Assembly: GCA_963792585.1 (NCBI GenBank)
Contig: CAWBWI010000005.1
Coordinates: forward strand, 64,001 to 128,000
DNA from: Candidatus Eiseniibacteriota bacterium
GTDB lineage: Bacteria; Eisenbacteria; RBG-16-71-46; CAIMUX01; VGJL01
Direction of reading: 5' to 3'
Length of the DNA: 64,000 bases
Position 1 is the stretch's first letter. The number at the start of each line of letters is the position of its first letter. Both the position numbers and the translations under genes were made by a program. Below the pieces are notes generated by a model that was given only the letters and a program-made list of their open reading frames with translations, ran no database searches and was not told where the DNA came from. This document shows, in pieces, positions 1 to 9,149 of this stretch.

Positions 1-745
1 GGTCAGGAAACCGGCGATGAAGACGATCAGGAAGGCGATCCAGGACCCGCTTCGCGAGCGCGTTGCGAAGCTTCTGCGCGAGCCCTTCCTGCAGACTCAC
101 CTTCGGCGCGGTTCCCGGCTTGGAGATCCCGGGCGCCGCGTCGTCCGCCTGCGGCATCCAGTCGGCCGGCGGTGCAATCACGGCCTGACTCTGCCCGACC
201 TGGGGCTGCTCGACGTTCGCCGATTCGGGCGGGGGCGCCTTGCCGAAGATCTCCGCGTGGAGCGATTTCGTGGGGGCGCCGTTTGCTACGACGACGACCG
301 GAACGAGGAGCTCGGCATCCTCAGGCGCATAGCAGGCGTAGATCGGCCGCTCGGAGCAGGCCTGATACCCGGCGCGCAGCTTCAAGGATCGTTCGCCGAG
401 CACGGTCCCCGCCAAGAGCTCGAGATCGTAGATGACGATCACCTTCCCCTTGAGGACGGGATCACCATCCCAGAGGACGGACTCCGGGAGCTGCTGGGGT
501 CCGAGACGAAACGGTTCGCCCTCCACCGGTTCGGCGAAGAGCAGCTCGTTGACCTGGATGTGATAGTCCGGGGGGAGGTCGTACTCGACGGCCATGTGCA
601 TGTGACCGCCCGGGCTGATGCCGTCCTGGCTCACCAGCACGCGGATCGGGACTTCGGGGGCCTCCCCGTCTCCCTGGGCGGAGACCAAGGTTGCGGAACC
701 GACCAGAAGCCCGAAGATCGCCACCACCCTGAGGAATGCCCGCAT
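1..745 (-). CDS. dsbD: Thiol:disulfide interchange protein DsbD, N-terminal part (runs off window; apparent +1 frameshift near 52)
   Basis: Manual translation from ATG 745 (GGAGG upstream): signal peptide MRAFLRVVAIFGLLVGSATLVSAQ and DsbD-alpha-like 'YHIQ...AGYQACSERPIYACYAP'. After a 1-nt shift it continues as the TM segment 'SWIAFLIVFIAGFLT'. Confidence 0.75.
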   Translation of the reverse strand, partial: MRAFLRVVAIFGLLVGSATLVSAQGDGEAPEVPIRVLVSQDGISPGGHMHMAVEYDLPPDYHIQVNELLFAEPVEGEPFRLGPQQLPESVLWDGDPVLKGKVIVIYDLELLAGTVLGERSLKLRAGYQACSERPIYACYAPEDAELLVPVVVVANGAPTKSLHAEIFGKAPPPESANVEQPQVGQSQAVIAPPADWMPQADDAAPGISKPGTAPKVSLQEGLAQKLRNALAKRVLDRLPDRLHRRFPD

Positions 746-828
746 CCATGACCTCCCTTGGTTCCCACCCTACCCGCGGTCGCCCGTTGCATACTAGGGA
801 TCCGGGGGTGGGACCGTAAACCCGAGTC

Positions 829-1995
829 TCAGCTCCCGGTTCGCTCCCCTACCGCTCCCCAGAGGGCATCGATGCCGATCGGTGCGTGGTCCGAAGCCAT
901 GGATCCATCAGGACCTACGCCCCCAAGGGTCCATATACTGCCCGGCTTCCATCCGCCCCGGACCCCGATCCAGTCGAGTCGCATCCGTAGGATCCTTCGG
1001 TCGAGGCTGTGATGATGGGTAAGCCGGCGGGCGAGCGGGGCCGGAAGACGCCCCAGTTCCTCGACCCCGGACAGCACCTGCCGGGCCGTCGCGACGGCCT
1101 CATTCCAATCGGTCAACCGGAAACCCGCCCGCTCGACGCGCCCAAGGAGCGGTTCGCGATCGCGGGGATCGACCAGCGAGGCGTCGAGGACGCCGGCGGG
1201 CGTGCGCACGATCCGAAGGAACTCCTGCGCCTGGCGCAGCCGTCCCCCCCGGCGAAAGGTGTGCGTGTTCCAGTCCCCGGCGAAGAAGCCTTCCAGATCG
1301 GGTAGGCCGGCCAGGGCCGCAGCGATCTGGCGCTCCCGGCAACGCGGCGTGTTCCGCACCTCGGTGTGCGCGGTCGCCGCGAGAAACGCTCCGCGCGGAT
1401 GATCGACCCTCGCCCAGAGCACGCGCCGGCAGCCGTAGCGTTTCTCCTCCGGGAATCGAAAGTAGTCCCAGCACTCGGGGAGCGGCGCCGCCCCGACCTC
1501 CTGAAACGGCCATCGCGAGAGAATCGCGAGCCCGTGCAGTCCCACGCGATTCGCGCCCGGCGCGGCCCGGTCGGTTCCGGGCCCTTTGGTCATCTCGAGA
1601 TAGTTCGCAACGAAGACGGCGTGGAGTCCGAGGCGGGCCGCGAGTTCTCGCGCCACGTCTCGATTCCCCGATCGAGCCATGCCGATGTCGACCTCGTTGA
1701 GGCTCCAGACGTCCGCATCGCGTAACCTCGGCTCGGCGTCGATCGCGCTCAAGAGCCTGTCCCACGCCCTGCCCTGCTGGATGTTCCAGTGGACGAGTCG
1801 GATCCCGCCTCCGGAACTCGGCGCGGTGGAACCCCGCGGCGAGCCGACCCGGGGCTTGGCCAGCCAGTTCTCGAGAACCTCCCCATGTTCCCGATAGAAA
1901 CCGGAGCGCCGGAATGCGGCGGGAGTCATCGCGCGCAGTCCTTCGCGGACTGCTACGTCCAGAGGGAACGGCGGCAGGTCGATCTCAGCGGACAT
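829..1995 (-). CDS. Endonuclease/exonuclease/phosphatase (EEP) family protein
   Basis: Motifs HWNIQQG, SLNEVD, GLAILSRWP, AGDWN, RLDWI, ASDHAPI; start moved to MSAEID (ATG 1995). Confidence 0.85.
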   Translation of the reverse strand: MSAEIDLPPFPLDVAVREGLRAMTPAAFRRSGFYREHGEVLENWLAKPRVGSPRGSTAPSSGGGIRLVHWNIQQGRAWDRLLSAIDAEPRLRDADVWSLNEVDIGMARSGNRDVARELAARLGLHAVFVANYLEMTKGPGTDRAAPGANRVGLHGLAILSRWPFQEVGAAPLPECWDYFRFPEEKRYGCRRVLWARVDHPRGAFLAATAHTEVRNTPRCRERQIAAALAGLPDLEGFFAGDWNTHTFRRGGRLRQAQEFLRIVRTPAGVLDASLVDPRDREPLLGRVERAGFRLTDWNEAVATARQVLSGVEELGRLPAPLARRLTHHHSLDRRILRMRLDWIGVRGGWKPGSIWTLGGVGPDGSMASDHAPIGIDALWGAVGERTGS

Positions 1996-2359
1996 CCGAA
2001 GCGCCGCCGTTGACGTGGGGCAACGGTCCGTCGTCCAGCAGCACCGGCGCCCGGCGATCCCCGAGATCGAAGTCGGCTTCCAGCTGCCCCGAGATGCGCA
2101 GGCTGATTCCGAGGGCCGGCGCGGGGCGTCTCGAGAGGACGAGCAGGCGCGCCCCCTCGCTCTCGAGTTCGAAGCCTCGCGAACCGACCTGGGGCAGGGA
2201 ACCCGCCCATACCACATTGCCCCGAACGGTGATGGCACGACCCTGATACCTGGCGGGAGCCCGGGCAACGCGGTCGACCGGCGTGGAGCCCCACCCACAG
2301 CCTGCGATGAAGAGCGCGATCGCGAACGGCATGCTTCTCGACGTGAGGGTCCTTCTCAA
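1985..2359 (-). CDS. Small putative lipoprotein, OB-fold-like
   Basis: Lipobox 'ALFIAGC' then 'PARYQGRAITVRG'. TTG 2359 overlaps the upstream TGA; alternative ATG at 2332. Confidence 0.55.
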   Translation of the reverse strand: MRRTLTSRSMPFAIALFIAGCGWGSTPVDRVARAPARYQGRAITVRGNVVWAGSLPQVGSRGFELESEGARLLVLSRRPAPALGISLRISGQLEADFDLGDRRAPVLLDDGPLPHVNGGASDVR

Positions 2360-3486
2360 AGCGCGCCCTCGATCCGCCGGCGCTCGAGGCTGATCGCGGT
2401 CACCGACGCGGTGGTCGGGGCCAGCAGCTGGATTACGCGGCTGCGGCCGACCGACGCGCTCGCTTCCCCAAAGCTCCCGTCCGCATTCTGACGTTCGACG
2501 AGGCGTCGCATCCCCTCTCGATAGCCGTAGGTCTCCGTCATTCCTGCGGCGGCCATGCAGCTGATCAGGTCCGCGGCGCTTTCCCCGCGGTGGAGGACGG
2601 TCATGGCCATCGCGAGGTGCGGAAGAACACGGTGGAGCCACGTCCGCTCGTCCATGGTGAGACCCGTGAGCGGTTGGCGTCCGCCGTCGCACGCGGCGAA
2701 GAGCTCCGCGACCAGGCCCGAGATCGCGGCGTTTCCCATGGTGATCTCGCGGGGCCGCGCGGCGAGGACCCCCGCACTCCGGAAGTCGGAGGGAGCGGTT
2801 CGCGGCGGCACGCCGGCCCGTTCCCCCGCGGCGGCATAGAGAGCCGCCATGGAGGGCGGGAGCCGGTCGAACTCGCGGTCCAGGAGGGGTCTGCACGCTT
2901 CGACCGCCTGGACCAGTGGACCGGGGTCGACACCGTGTTCGCGGCATCGGGCCGCCAGCAGCAGGCATTCCAGGAGTCCGGCCGCGGACCCTTGCTGTCC
3001 AAGCCGGCCTCGAAGCCTCTCGGGATCGGATACGCGTTGCAGGCGACTGCGGACCTCCGTTTCGAGACGGGACTTCTCCGCGCCCGGCGTCTCCGCGGCC
3101 GCAAGGCGGTCCCAGCATTCGACCTCGAGGGCGTGGAGCCGGAGCGAGTCGGTCCCGCTTCCGCCGAAGGGATCGACGCGAACCCTCGAGAGCCAGTCAC
3201 GAGCGCGTGCGCACGCGCTCCGGAGAATCGCGGCGGAGGGGGGCGGCGTCGCATCCTCGATCGAGGCGCCCGAGGTCACCAGTCCCGTCTCGTCGATCGG
3301 CATCGAACCAGGGGTGACGAAGCGGGGGGACGCCGCGGGAGGAGTGGCTCGTTGCACGGCAGCCGGCGGCCGCGGCCGTCCCCGCAGCTGCTTCCAGACC
3401 AGGAAACCGGCGAGGGGAACCACGATCGCGAGCAACCCGACGAGGAATCCGACCCACGGGGGCCGTTTGCGCTGGAGACCTGGCAT
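2356..3486 (-). CDS. Membrane-anchored hypothetical protein with C-terminal QW/prenyltransferase-like repeat
   Basis: N-terminal TM helix; 'LVERQNADGSFG' near the C-terminus; operon-like packing. Confidence 0.6.
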   Translation of the reverse strand: MPGLQRKRPPWVGFLVGLLAIVVPLAGFLVWKQLRGRPRPPAAVQRATPPAASPRFVTPGSMPIDETGLVTSGASIEDATPPPSAAILRSACARARDWLSRVRVDPFGGSGTDSLRLHALEVECWDRLAAAETPGAEKSRLETEVRSRLQRVSDPERLRGRLGQQGSAAGLLECLLLAARCREHGVDPGPLVQAVEACRPLLDREFDRLPPSMAALYAAAGERAGVPPRTAPSDFRSAGVLAARPREITMGNAAISGLVAELFAACDGGRQPLTGLTMDERTWLHRVLPHLAMAMTVLHRGESAADLISCMAAAGMTETYGYREGMRRLVERQNADGSFGEASASVGRSRVIQLLAPTTASVTAISLERRRIEGAL

Positions 3487-3648
3487 CGTCTTTGGACGCT
3501 AGCCGCCGCCGAGGGGTGGGTCAACCCGATCCCGGCGCGCCTCGATCCCGGCCTTGCGGCCGGGGTCGCTTTCGAGGACGATCGCCTGCAATCGTCCCGG
3601 CGCGGGCGGCGCGGATCCCCGCGCACGCGCGAGGCGGGAACGGAGGTC

Positions 3649-4206
3649 ATGATGGGCGCGTTCGTCATCTTCTTGATCCTGATCGGGGTGGTCGCCTTTG
3701 TCCTGATCGGGCTCTACAACTCCCTCGTGCGCCTGCGCCAGCAGGTTCGGAACGCATGGAGCCAGATCGACGTGCAACTCAAGCGGCGCTACGACCTGAT
3801 CCCCAATCTGGTCGAAACGGTCAAGGGATACGCGGCCCACGAGAAGTCGACCTTCGAGCGCGTGGTCGAGGCCCGCAATGCCGCCATCGCGACGACCGGG
3901 GTGGCCGCGCAGGGGCAGGCGGAGTCGGCCTTGAGCAGCGCGCTGCGGCAGGTCTTCGCACTGGCCGAGTCGTACCCGGAACTCAAGGCGAACCAGAACT
4001 TCCTCTCGCTGCAGGAGGAGCTTTCGAGCACCGAGAACCGGATCTCCTTCGCGCGCCAGCACTACAACGACGTGGTGGCCTCGTACAACACGAGTCGTCT
4101 GAGCTTCCCGGCGAATCTCTTCGCCGGAGCATTCGGGTTCGGAGCCGAGGAGTTCTTCGAGCTCACAACTCCCGAGGAGCGGACCGCGCCGCAGGTCAAG
4201 TTCTAG
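3649..4206 (+). CDS. lemA: LemA family protein
   Basis: YNSLVRLR...WSQIDVQLKRRYDLIPNLV...AESYPELKANQNF; GGAGG RBS. Confidence 0.95.
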   Translation: MMGAFVIFLILIGVVAFVLIGLYNSLVRLRQQVRNAWSQIDVQLKRRYDLIPNLVETVKGYAAHEKSTFERVVEARNAAIATTGVAAQGQAESALSSALRQVFALAESYPELKANQNFLSLQEELSSTENRISFARQHYNDVVASYNTSRLSFPANLFAGAFGFGAEEFFELTTPEERTAPQVKF

Positions 4207-4222
4207 CCCTCCGGCGCGCGCG

Positions 4223-5197
4223 ATGTCCGGATCCTTCCACGATCAGATCGCCGCGAACCGGAGAGACTCGGGTTGGCTCGTAGCCGCCTTCATCCTCCTG
4301 GTCGGACTCGTCGTGTTCCTCTTCGGTGTGGCCCTCGGCGGCGGCTCGGCTCGCGCAGGTCTCGGCGCCGCCGTGATCGGCCTCGTCATCGCGGCGATCG
4401 TCGCGATATGGGGAACGTACGCCGGCTCTTCCACGATCCTGGCGCTGAGCCGCGCGCGGAAGATCTCCAAGGTCGACGACCCGCAGCTCTGGAACGTGGT
4501 CGAAGAGCTTTCGATCGCCGCGGGCGTGCCCGTGCCCGCGATCTACACGATCGACGACTCGGCACAGAACGCCTTCGCAACGGGCCGGGACCCGGCTCAC
4601 GCGTCGGTTGCGATCACTACCGGCCTGCGGTCGCGCCTCACGCGCGACGAGTTGCAGGGGGTGCTCGCTCACGAGCTTTCCCACGTCCGCAATCTCGATG
4701 TCCGCTTCACCATGCTGCTCGCCGTGCTCGTCGGGCTCCTCGTTCTCCTCTGTGATTTCTTCCGGCGGTCGCTCTGGTGGGGGCGGGTCGGGCGCCGGCG
4801 CAGCTCGGGATCCTCGGGACCATGGGCGCTCGTGGCCATCGTTCTGGCGCTGCTGCTGAGCATCGTCGCGCCGCTGCTGGCCAAGCTGATCCAGTTGGCC
4901 GCGAGCCGGCAGCGCGAATACCTCGCGGACGCGTCGTCCGTGGAGCTGACCCGCAACCCCAACGGTCTCGCCGATGCGCTCGAGAAGATCGGGGGCGACA
5001 CGGAGGTCCTCGAGGCGGCCAACAGGGCGACGCAGCACCTTTACATCGTCAACCCGATCCACCCCTTCGAGGAGAGGGCGCGGGGGCTCTTCTCGACCCA
5101 TCCCCCGATCCAGGAGCGGATCCGCCGGCTGCGTGAGCTTGCGGGCGCGCCGGGAACCGACGTCGAAGCGACGCCATCGGGTCGAAACCGAGATTGA
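4223..5197 (+). CDS. htpX: HtpX-like M48 zinc metalloprotease
   Basis: NAFATGRDP, HELSH, SRQREYLAD, FSTHPP; follows lemA. Confidence 0.9.
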   Translation: MSGSFHDQIAANRRDSGWLVAAFILLVGLVVFLFGVALGGGSARAGLGAAVIGLVIAAIVAIWGTYAGSSTILALSRARKISKVDDPQLWNVVEELSIAAGVPVPAIYTIDDSAQNAFATGRDPAHASVAITTGLRSRLTRDELQGVLAHELSHVRNLDVRFTMLLAVLVGLLVLLCDFFRRSLWWGRVGRRRSSGSSGPWALVAIVLALLLSIVAPLLAKLIQLAASRQREYLADASSVELTRNPNGLADALEKIGGDTEVLEAANRATQHLYIVNPIHPFEERARGLFSTHPPIQERIRRLRELAGAPGTDVEATPSGRNRD

Positions 5198-5227
5198 ACG
5201 GGAAGGTTCTTGCCCGGATCCACCCCG

Positions 5228-6097
5228 TCAGCGCGCGCGGCGCGCGACCTCCACGAGGACGGCGGCCACGATTCCGGCAAGCAGGCAGGTGAGAACGACC
5301 GGCACCCGCAATACACGCGCGAATTTCGGTTCATCCAGTCCGGTCCCCGGAAGGAACCAGACAGCGACGCGCACGCGCTCCTGGAAGAGAGCGGTTTCAA
5401 GTTCCGCACGCGTTCCGGGATTCTTCTCCCCCAGAGCCGGATCCCCGATGCTCCAGATCGTCTCGTCGCCTGCGGTGACGAGATACCCGAATCGACCCTG
5501 GTAGAATGGGATCGTCAGGATTTGCGAGAGTTGCTCCGCGTTGCACTCAGCGTAGAGGACACCCCCGGCGGGCATGTTCGAGATGCGTATCGGCCTCATA
5601 ATTCCGATGATCGGTTGGTTCGAGGATGGGTCGCGACCGACGAGAATCCGGGTGGGGAAGGTTTCGTCAGGAGCGCCCTCCAGACTCCGGAGCGCCGCAT
5701 CGACCATGGGAGGGCCGCCGGGCAGGATCGCCTTGCGGCCCGCCGGATGACTCCACGCCTGCCCGCTTGCGGTGCCATGCCAATAGAATCCCGAGTACTC
5801 CCCGTGGCTTTCGGCGATCGTGTGCGTGAAGTGCAGAAAGTCGGCCTCCGAGTGAACCGACCCATTTGCGCAGAGAGTGGCGAGATATTCCGCCTCCGCT
5901 CCCCGCTCCTCGAAGTAGATCTGCATGGTGTGGGCGGCGCCGTTCGCGGCCGCGAGAGCCTCCTGTCGGGCCGCCTCCTGAAACTCCGCCCGCATGTCCC
6001 GAAACACGTGCCGGACGAGCCCCAGCGAAATCAGGGTCACGAGCAGCCCGGCGAGGGGCGCGCCGAGCCGACCGAATGCCGATCGACGAGCGTTCAT
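5228..6097 (-). CDS. Two-TM protein with extracytoplasmic Cache-like domain and no output domain
   Basis: TM - ~230-aa soluble domain ('GRFGYLVTAGDETIW') - TM, then a stop. ATG 6097 follows GAGG. Confidence 0.55.
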   Translation of the reverse strand: MNARRSAFGRLGAPLAGLLVTLISLGLVRHVFRDMRAEFQEAARQEALAAANGAAHTMQIYFEERGAEAEYLATLCANGSVHSEADFLHFTHTIAESHGEYSGFYWHGTASGQAWSHPAGRKAILPGGPPMVDAALRSLEGAPDETFPTRILVGRDPSSNQPIIGIMRPIRISNMPAGGVLYAECNAEQLSQILTIPFYQGRFGYLVTAGDETIWSIGDPALGEKNPGTRAELETALFQERVRVAVWFLPGTGLDEPKFARVLRVPVVLTCLLAGIVAAVLVEVARRAR

Positions 6098-6302
6098 GGT
6101 CACCTCGGAGCCGGCCGAAGACTGCGGCCAACCCATCAGTGGCTTACGGCGTTCCCAACACGGCCGCAATAGAAAACCGGGCCGGAGCGTGGGATTCCGC
6201 GCCCGGTGGGTCGCCGACTCCTACCGGGGGGCCTTCCGCTCGAGCCGCGATCGCGCGCTCGCGGGGGGATCGCCGGAGGCGATCTGTTACGATCGGCCTC
6301 GA

Positions 6303-9149
6303 ATGGACGCCTGCCAGCTTCGGGGGGTGCGAACCCACAATCTGAAGGGAATCGATGTCTCGATACCCTTCGGCCAGATGACGGTGATCACAGGGGTTTC
6401 CGGCTCGGGGAAGTCGAGCCTCGCGTTCGACACGATTTACGCGGAAGGGCAGCGCCGTTTCGTCGACTGTCTTGCCACCTATGCGCGGCAGTTCCTCGAG
6501 CGGCTCGACCGTCCCGACGCCGATTTCATCGGCCGTCTCGAGCCTCCCCTGGCGCTGAAGCAGTCCACGTCGGTGCGCAACGCCCGCTCGACCGTCGGCA
6601 CGATGAGCGAAATCTCCGACTACCTGCAGTTGCTCTTCGCGCATGCTGGCGAGCCGCATTGCGTCGCCTGCGGGGCGCCGATCGTCGCAGAGACGATCGA
6701 AACCGCCGCAGGGCGACTCCTCCTCCGCACCGCGGAGGAATCCGTCTGCGTCGTCGCCCCCGTCGCCCGGGATCGCCTCGGAGGCTCCGGGATCCGCGGA
6801 CTCCTGCAGCAGGGTTACACGCGGACCCTCTGGGCCGGCGAGATCGTCGACTGGCCCGATGCGTGGACTGCGGACGAGCCGTCGGGAATCCCCGACTCGA
6901 TCGACGTCGTCGTCGACCGCTTCCCGCGAAGCAAGGCGCGACGCGCCCGCGCGGTCGAGGCGATCGGCGGAGCGTGGCGACTCGGGCAGGGAATTGCAGC
7001 CCTCTACGCGATCGAGGGCGCGAGCCCCGTCATCCTTCGTGACCGTCTGCGCGAGGGGGCGATCTGCCGTGCGTGCGGAACGGTCGGCGAATCCCCATCG
7101 CGCGCCCTCTTCTCCGCGAACAACCCGATCGGCGCGTGCCCCGATTGCCAGGGATTCGGCCGGACCGTCGTGATCGACCCCGACAAGGTCGTTCCCGATC
7201 CGCGCCGAACGCTCCGCAACGACGCGATCCTCCCCTTCCGCATGCCGTCCCGCCGCGCTCTCTACCGAAGAATGATCCGGCTCGCGCCCGAGGCGGAGGT
7301 CCGCACGGAGACTCCTTGGTGCGATCTCGCCGAACGCGAACGGCGCTGGGTCTTCGAGGGCGGACCCCGCTATCCCGGCGTCCTCGGCCTCTTCGCGCGC
7401 CTGGAGAAGAAGCGCTACAAGATGCACGTGCGGATCCTGCTCGCGCGATTCCGCGGCTACGTCCCCTGTGTGGCGTGTGGAGGAACCCGGCTCAAGGCGG
7501 CAGCATTGGGCGTGCGGATCGGCGGCAAGAATCTGGCCGAGATCTCCGGCACGCCGATCACGGAGCTGCGATCCTTCTTCGACGGCTTGACGCTCCCCGC
7601 CGCGCGCGAGGCGCGCGTGCGCGCGGTCCTCCGCGAGATCCGTGCCAGGCTCCAATGCCTCGACGACGTCGGCCTGGGGTATCTCGACCTCGGCCGCACG
7701 GCGCGCACCCTCTCCGGAGGGGAGACGCAACGCCTGCGCCTCGCATCCGGAATGGGAGCATCGCTCACCCGAACCCTTTACATCCTCGACGAACCGACCG
7801 TCGGCCTGCATGCGCGCGACGCCTCCCGGGTGCTCGGCGTGCTGCAGCGCATCTGCCGCGCGGGAAATACGGTCATCGTCGTCGAGCACGACCCTGCGGT
7901 GATCGACGGAGCGGATCATCTGATCGTGCTTGGACCCGAGGGAGGCGAGAAGGGGGGCGAAAGGCTCTTCGAAGGCCCACCCCGCGACTTTCTACGTGCA
8001 AATCCCGGTTTCTTCCGCGTGGAACGCAGGACGCAACCGGCCGCTCCCTCCGGCGCGTCCCCGATGCTCACCCTCCGGGGTCTCTCCGCGCACAACCTGA
8101 AGATCGAGGAACTCGCGATTCCGCTGCGCGGACTCGTGGCCGTCAGCGGAGTGTCCGGCTCCGGCAAGTCGACCCTGCTCGACGAGGTGATCTACCGCAA
8201 CGGACGGCGATTCCATGGATTGCCGGTTGAGGAAGTGGGCGCGGCCCGCGCGATCGAAGGGTACCAGGCCGTCGAAGAGGTCCTGCTGATCGGACAGGAC
8301 CCGCTCGGGCGCTCGACGCGATCGAACGCGGTCTCGTTCGTGAAGGTGCTGCCGCTGGTCCGCGACCTGTTCGCGCGCACGCCGGATGCAAAGAGGCGCT
8401 CGCTCAAGTCGCGCGACTTCAGCTTCAACGTCCCGGGAGGACGCTGCGAGATCTGCAAGGGTATCGGGACCGTCGTACTCGAAATGCACTTCCTGCCGGA
8501 TGTCGAGGTCACCTGCGAGGCCTGCAATGGACGGCGCTTCCGAGAGGACGTCCTCGAGGTCTCATATCGCGGCCGGACGATCACCGGCGTTCTCGATCTG
8601 ACCGCGGATGAGGCGGCCGAGGCGTTCGCCGACCGGCCGGAGATCGTGCGTCGCCTCCAACCCCTCCAGGTGGTCGGTCTCGGCTATCTGCGCCTCGGGC
8701 AACCGACCTCGACCCTCTCCGGCGGCGAGGCGCAGCGGCTCAAGCTCGCATCCTTCCTGGCGGAAGGCCAGACAGGCGGGCGACGGCTCTTTCTCTTCGA
8801 CGAGCCGACAACAGGGCTCCACGCGCGCGACGTCGCGCGCCTGCTCGGCGCGCTGCGCGCCCTGATCGCGCGGGGCAACGCGGTGATCGTCGTCGAGCAC
8901 CACCTCGATTTCTTGAGCCACGCCGACTGGGTGATCGACTTGGGGCCGGGTCCCGGGGACGCCGGCGGACGGGTCGTCTACGAAGGCCCGCCCGACGGGC
9001 TGATCCGCTGCGCGGCGTCGCTCACGGGCAAGGCTCTCGCCAAGCACGCGCGCGGGACGACGCAGCCACGCCGTCCCGCGCTTGGTCGATCCCCGGAAAC
9101 CTCGAGCCCTCTATCGAATGCGCAGCATGGGTCGCGACCGCGTTCCTGA
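6303..9149 (+). CDS. uvrA: Excinuclease ABC subunit UvrA
   Basis: Two Walker A motifs (GVSGSGKS), two ABC signatures (LSGGE), CxxC zinc modules, AEGQRRF; ATG 6303. Confidence 0.93.
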   Translation: MDACQLRGVRTHNLKGIDVSIPFGQMTVITGVSGSGKSSLAFDTIYAEGQRRFVDCLATYARQFLERLDRPDADFIGRLEPPLALKQSTSVRNARSTVGTMSEISDYLQLLFAHAGEPHCVACGAPIVAETIETAAGRLLLRTAEESVCVVAPVARDRLGGSGIRGLLQQGYTRTLWAGEIVDWPDAWTADEPSGIPDSIDVVVDRFPRSKARRARAVEAIGGAWRLGQGIAALYAIEGASPVILRDRLREGAICRACGTVGESPSRALFSANNPIGACPDCQGFGRTVVIDPDKVVPDPRRTLRNDAILPFRMPSRRALYRRMIRLAPEAEVRTETPWCDLAERERRWVFEGGPRYPGVLGLFARLEKKRYKMHVRILLARFRGYVPCVACGGTRLKAAALGVRIGGKNLAEISGTPITELRSFFDGLTLPAAREARVRAVLREIRARLQCLDDVGLGYLDLGRTARTLSGGETQRLRLASGMGASLTRTLYILDEPTVGLHARDASRVLGVLQRICRAGNTVIVVEHDPAVIDGADHLIVLGPEGGEKGGERLFEGPPRDFLRANPGFFRVERRTQPAAPSGASPMLTLRGLSAHNLKIEELAIPLRGLVAVSGVSGSGKSTLLDEVIYRNGRRFHGLPVEEVGAARAIEGYQAVEEVLLIGQDPLGRSTRSNAVSFVKVLPLVRDLFARTPDAKRRSLKSRDFSFNVPGGRCEICKGIGTVVLEMHFLPDVEVTCEACNGRRFREDVLEVSYRGRTITGVLDLTADEAAEAFADRPEIVRRLQPLQVVGLGYLRLGQPTSTLSGGEAQRLKLASFLAEGQTGGRRLFLFDEPTTGLHARDVARLLGALRALIARGNAVIVVEHHLDFLSHADWVIDLGPGPGDAGGRVVYEGPPDGLIRCAASLTGKALAKHARGTTQPRRPALGRSPETSSPLSNAQHGSRPRS

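Noticed and set aside
5195..5230. UGA readthrough of htpX or the Cache-like gene
   Set aside because: No SECIS-like hairpin or protein-like extension was seen, unlike at 43461.
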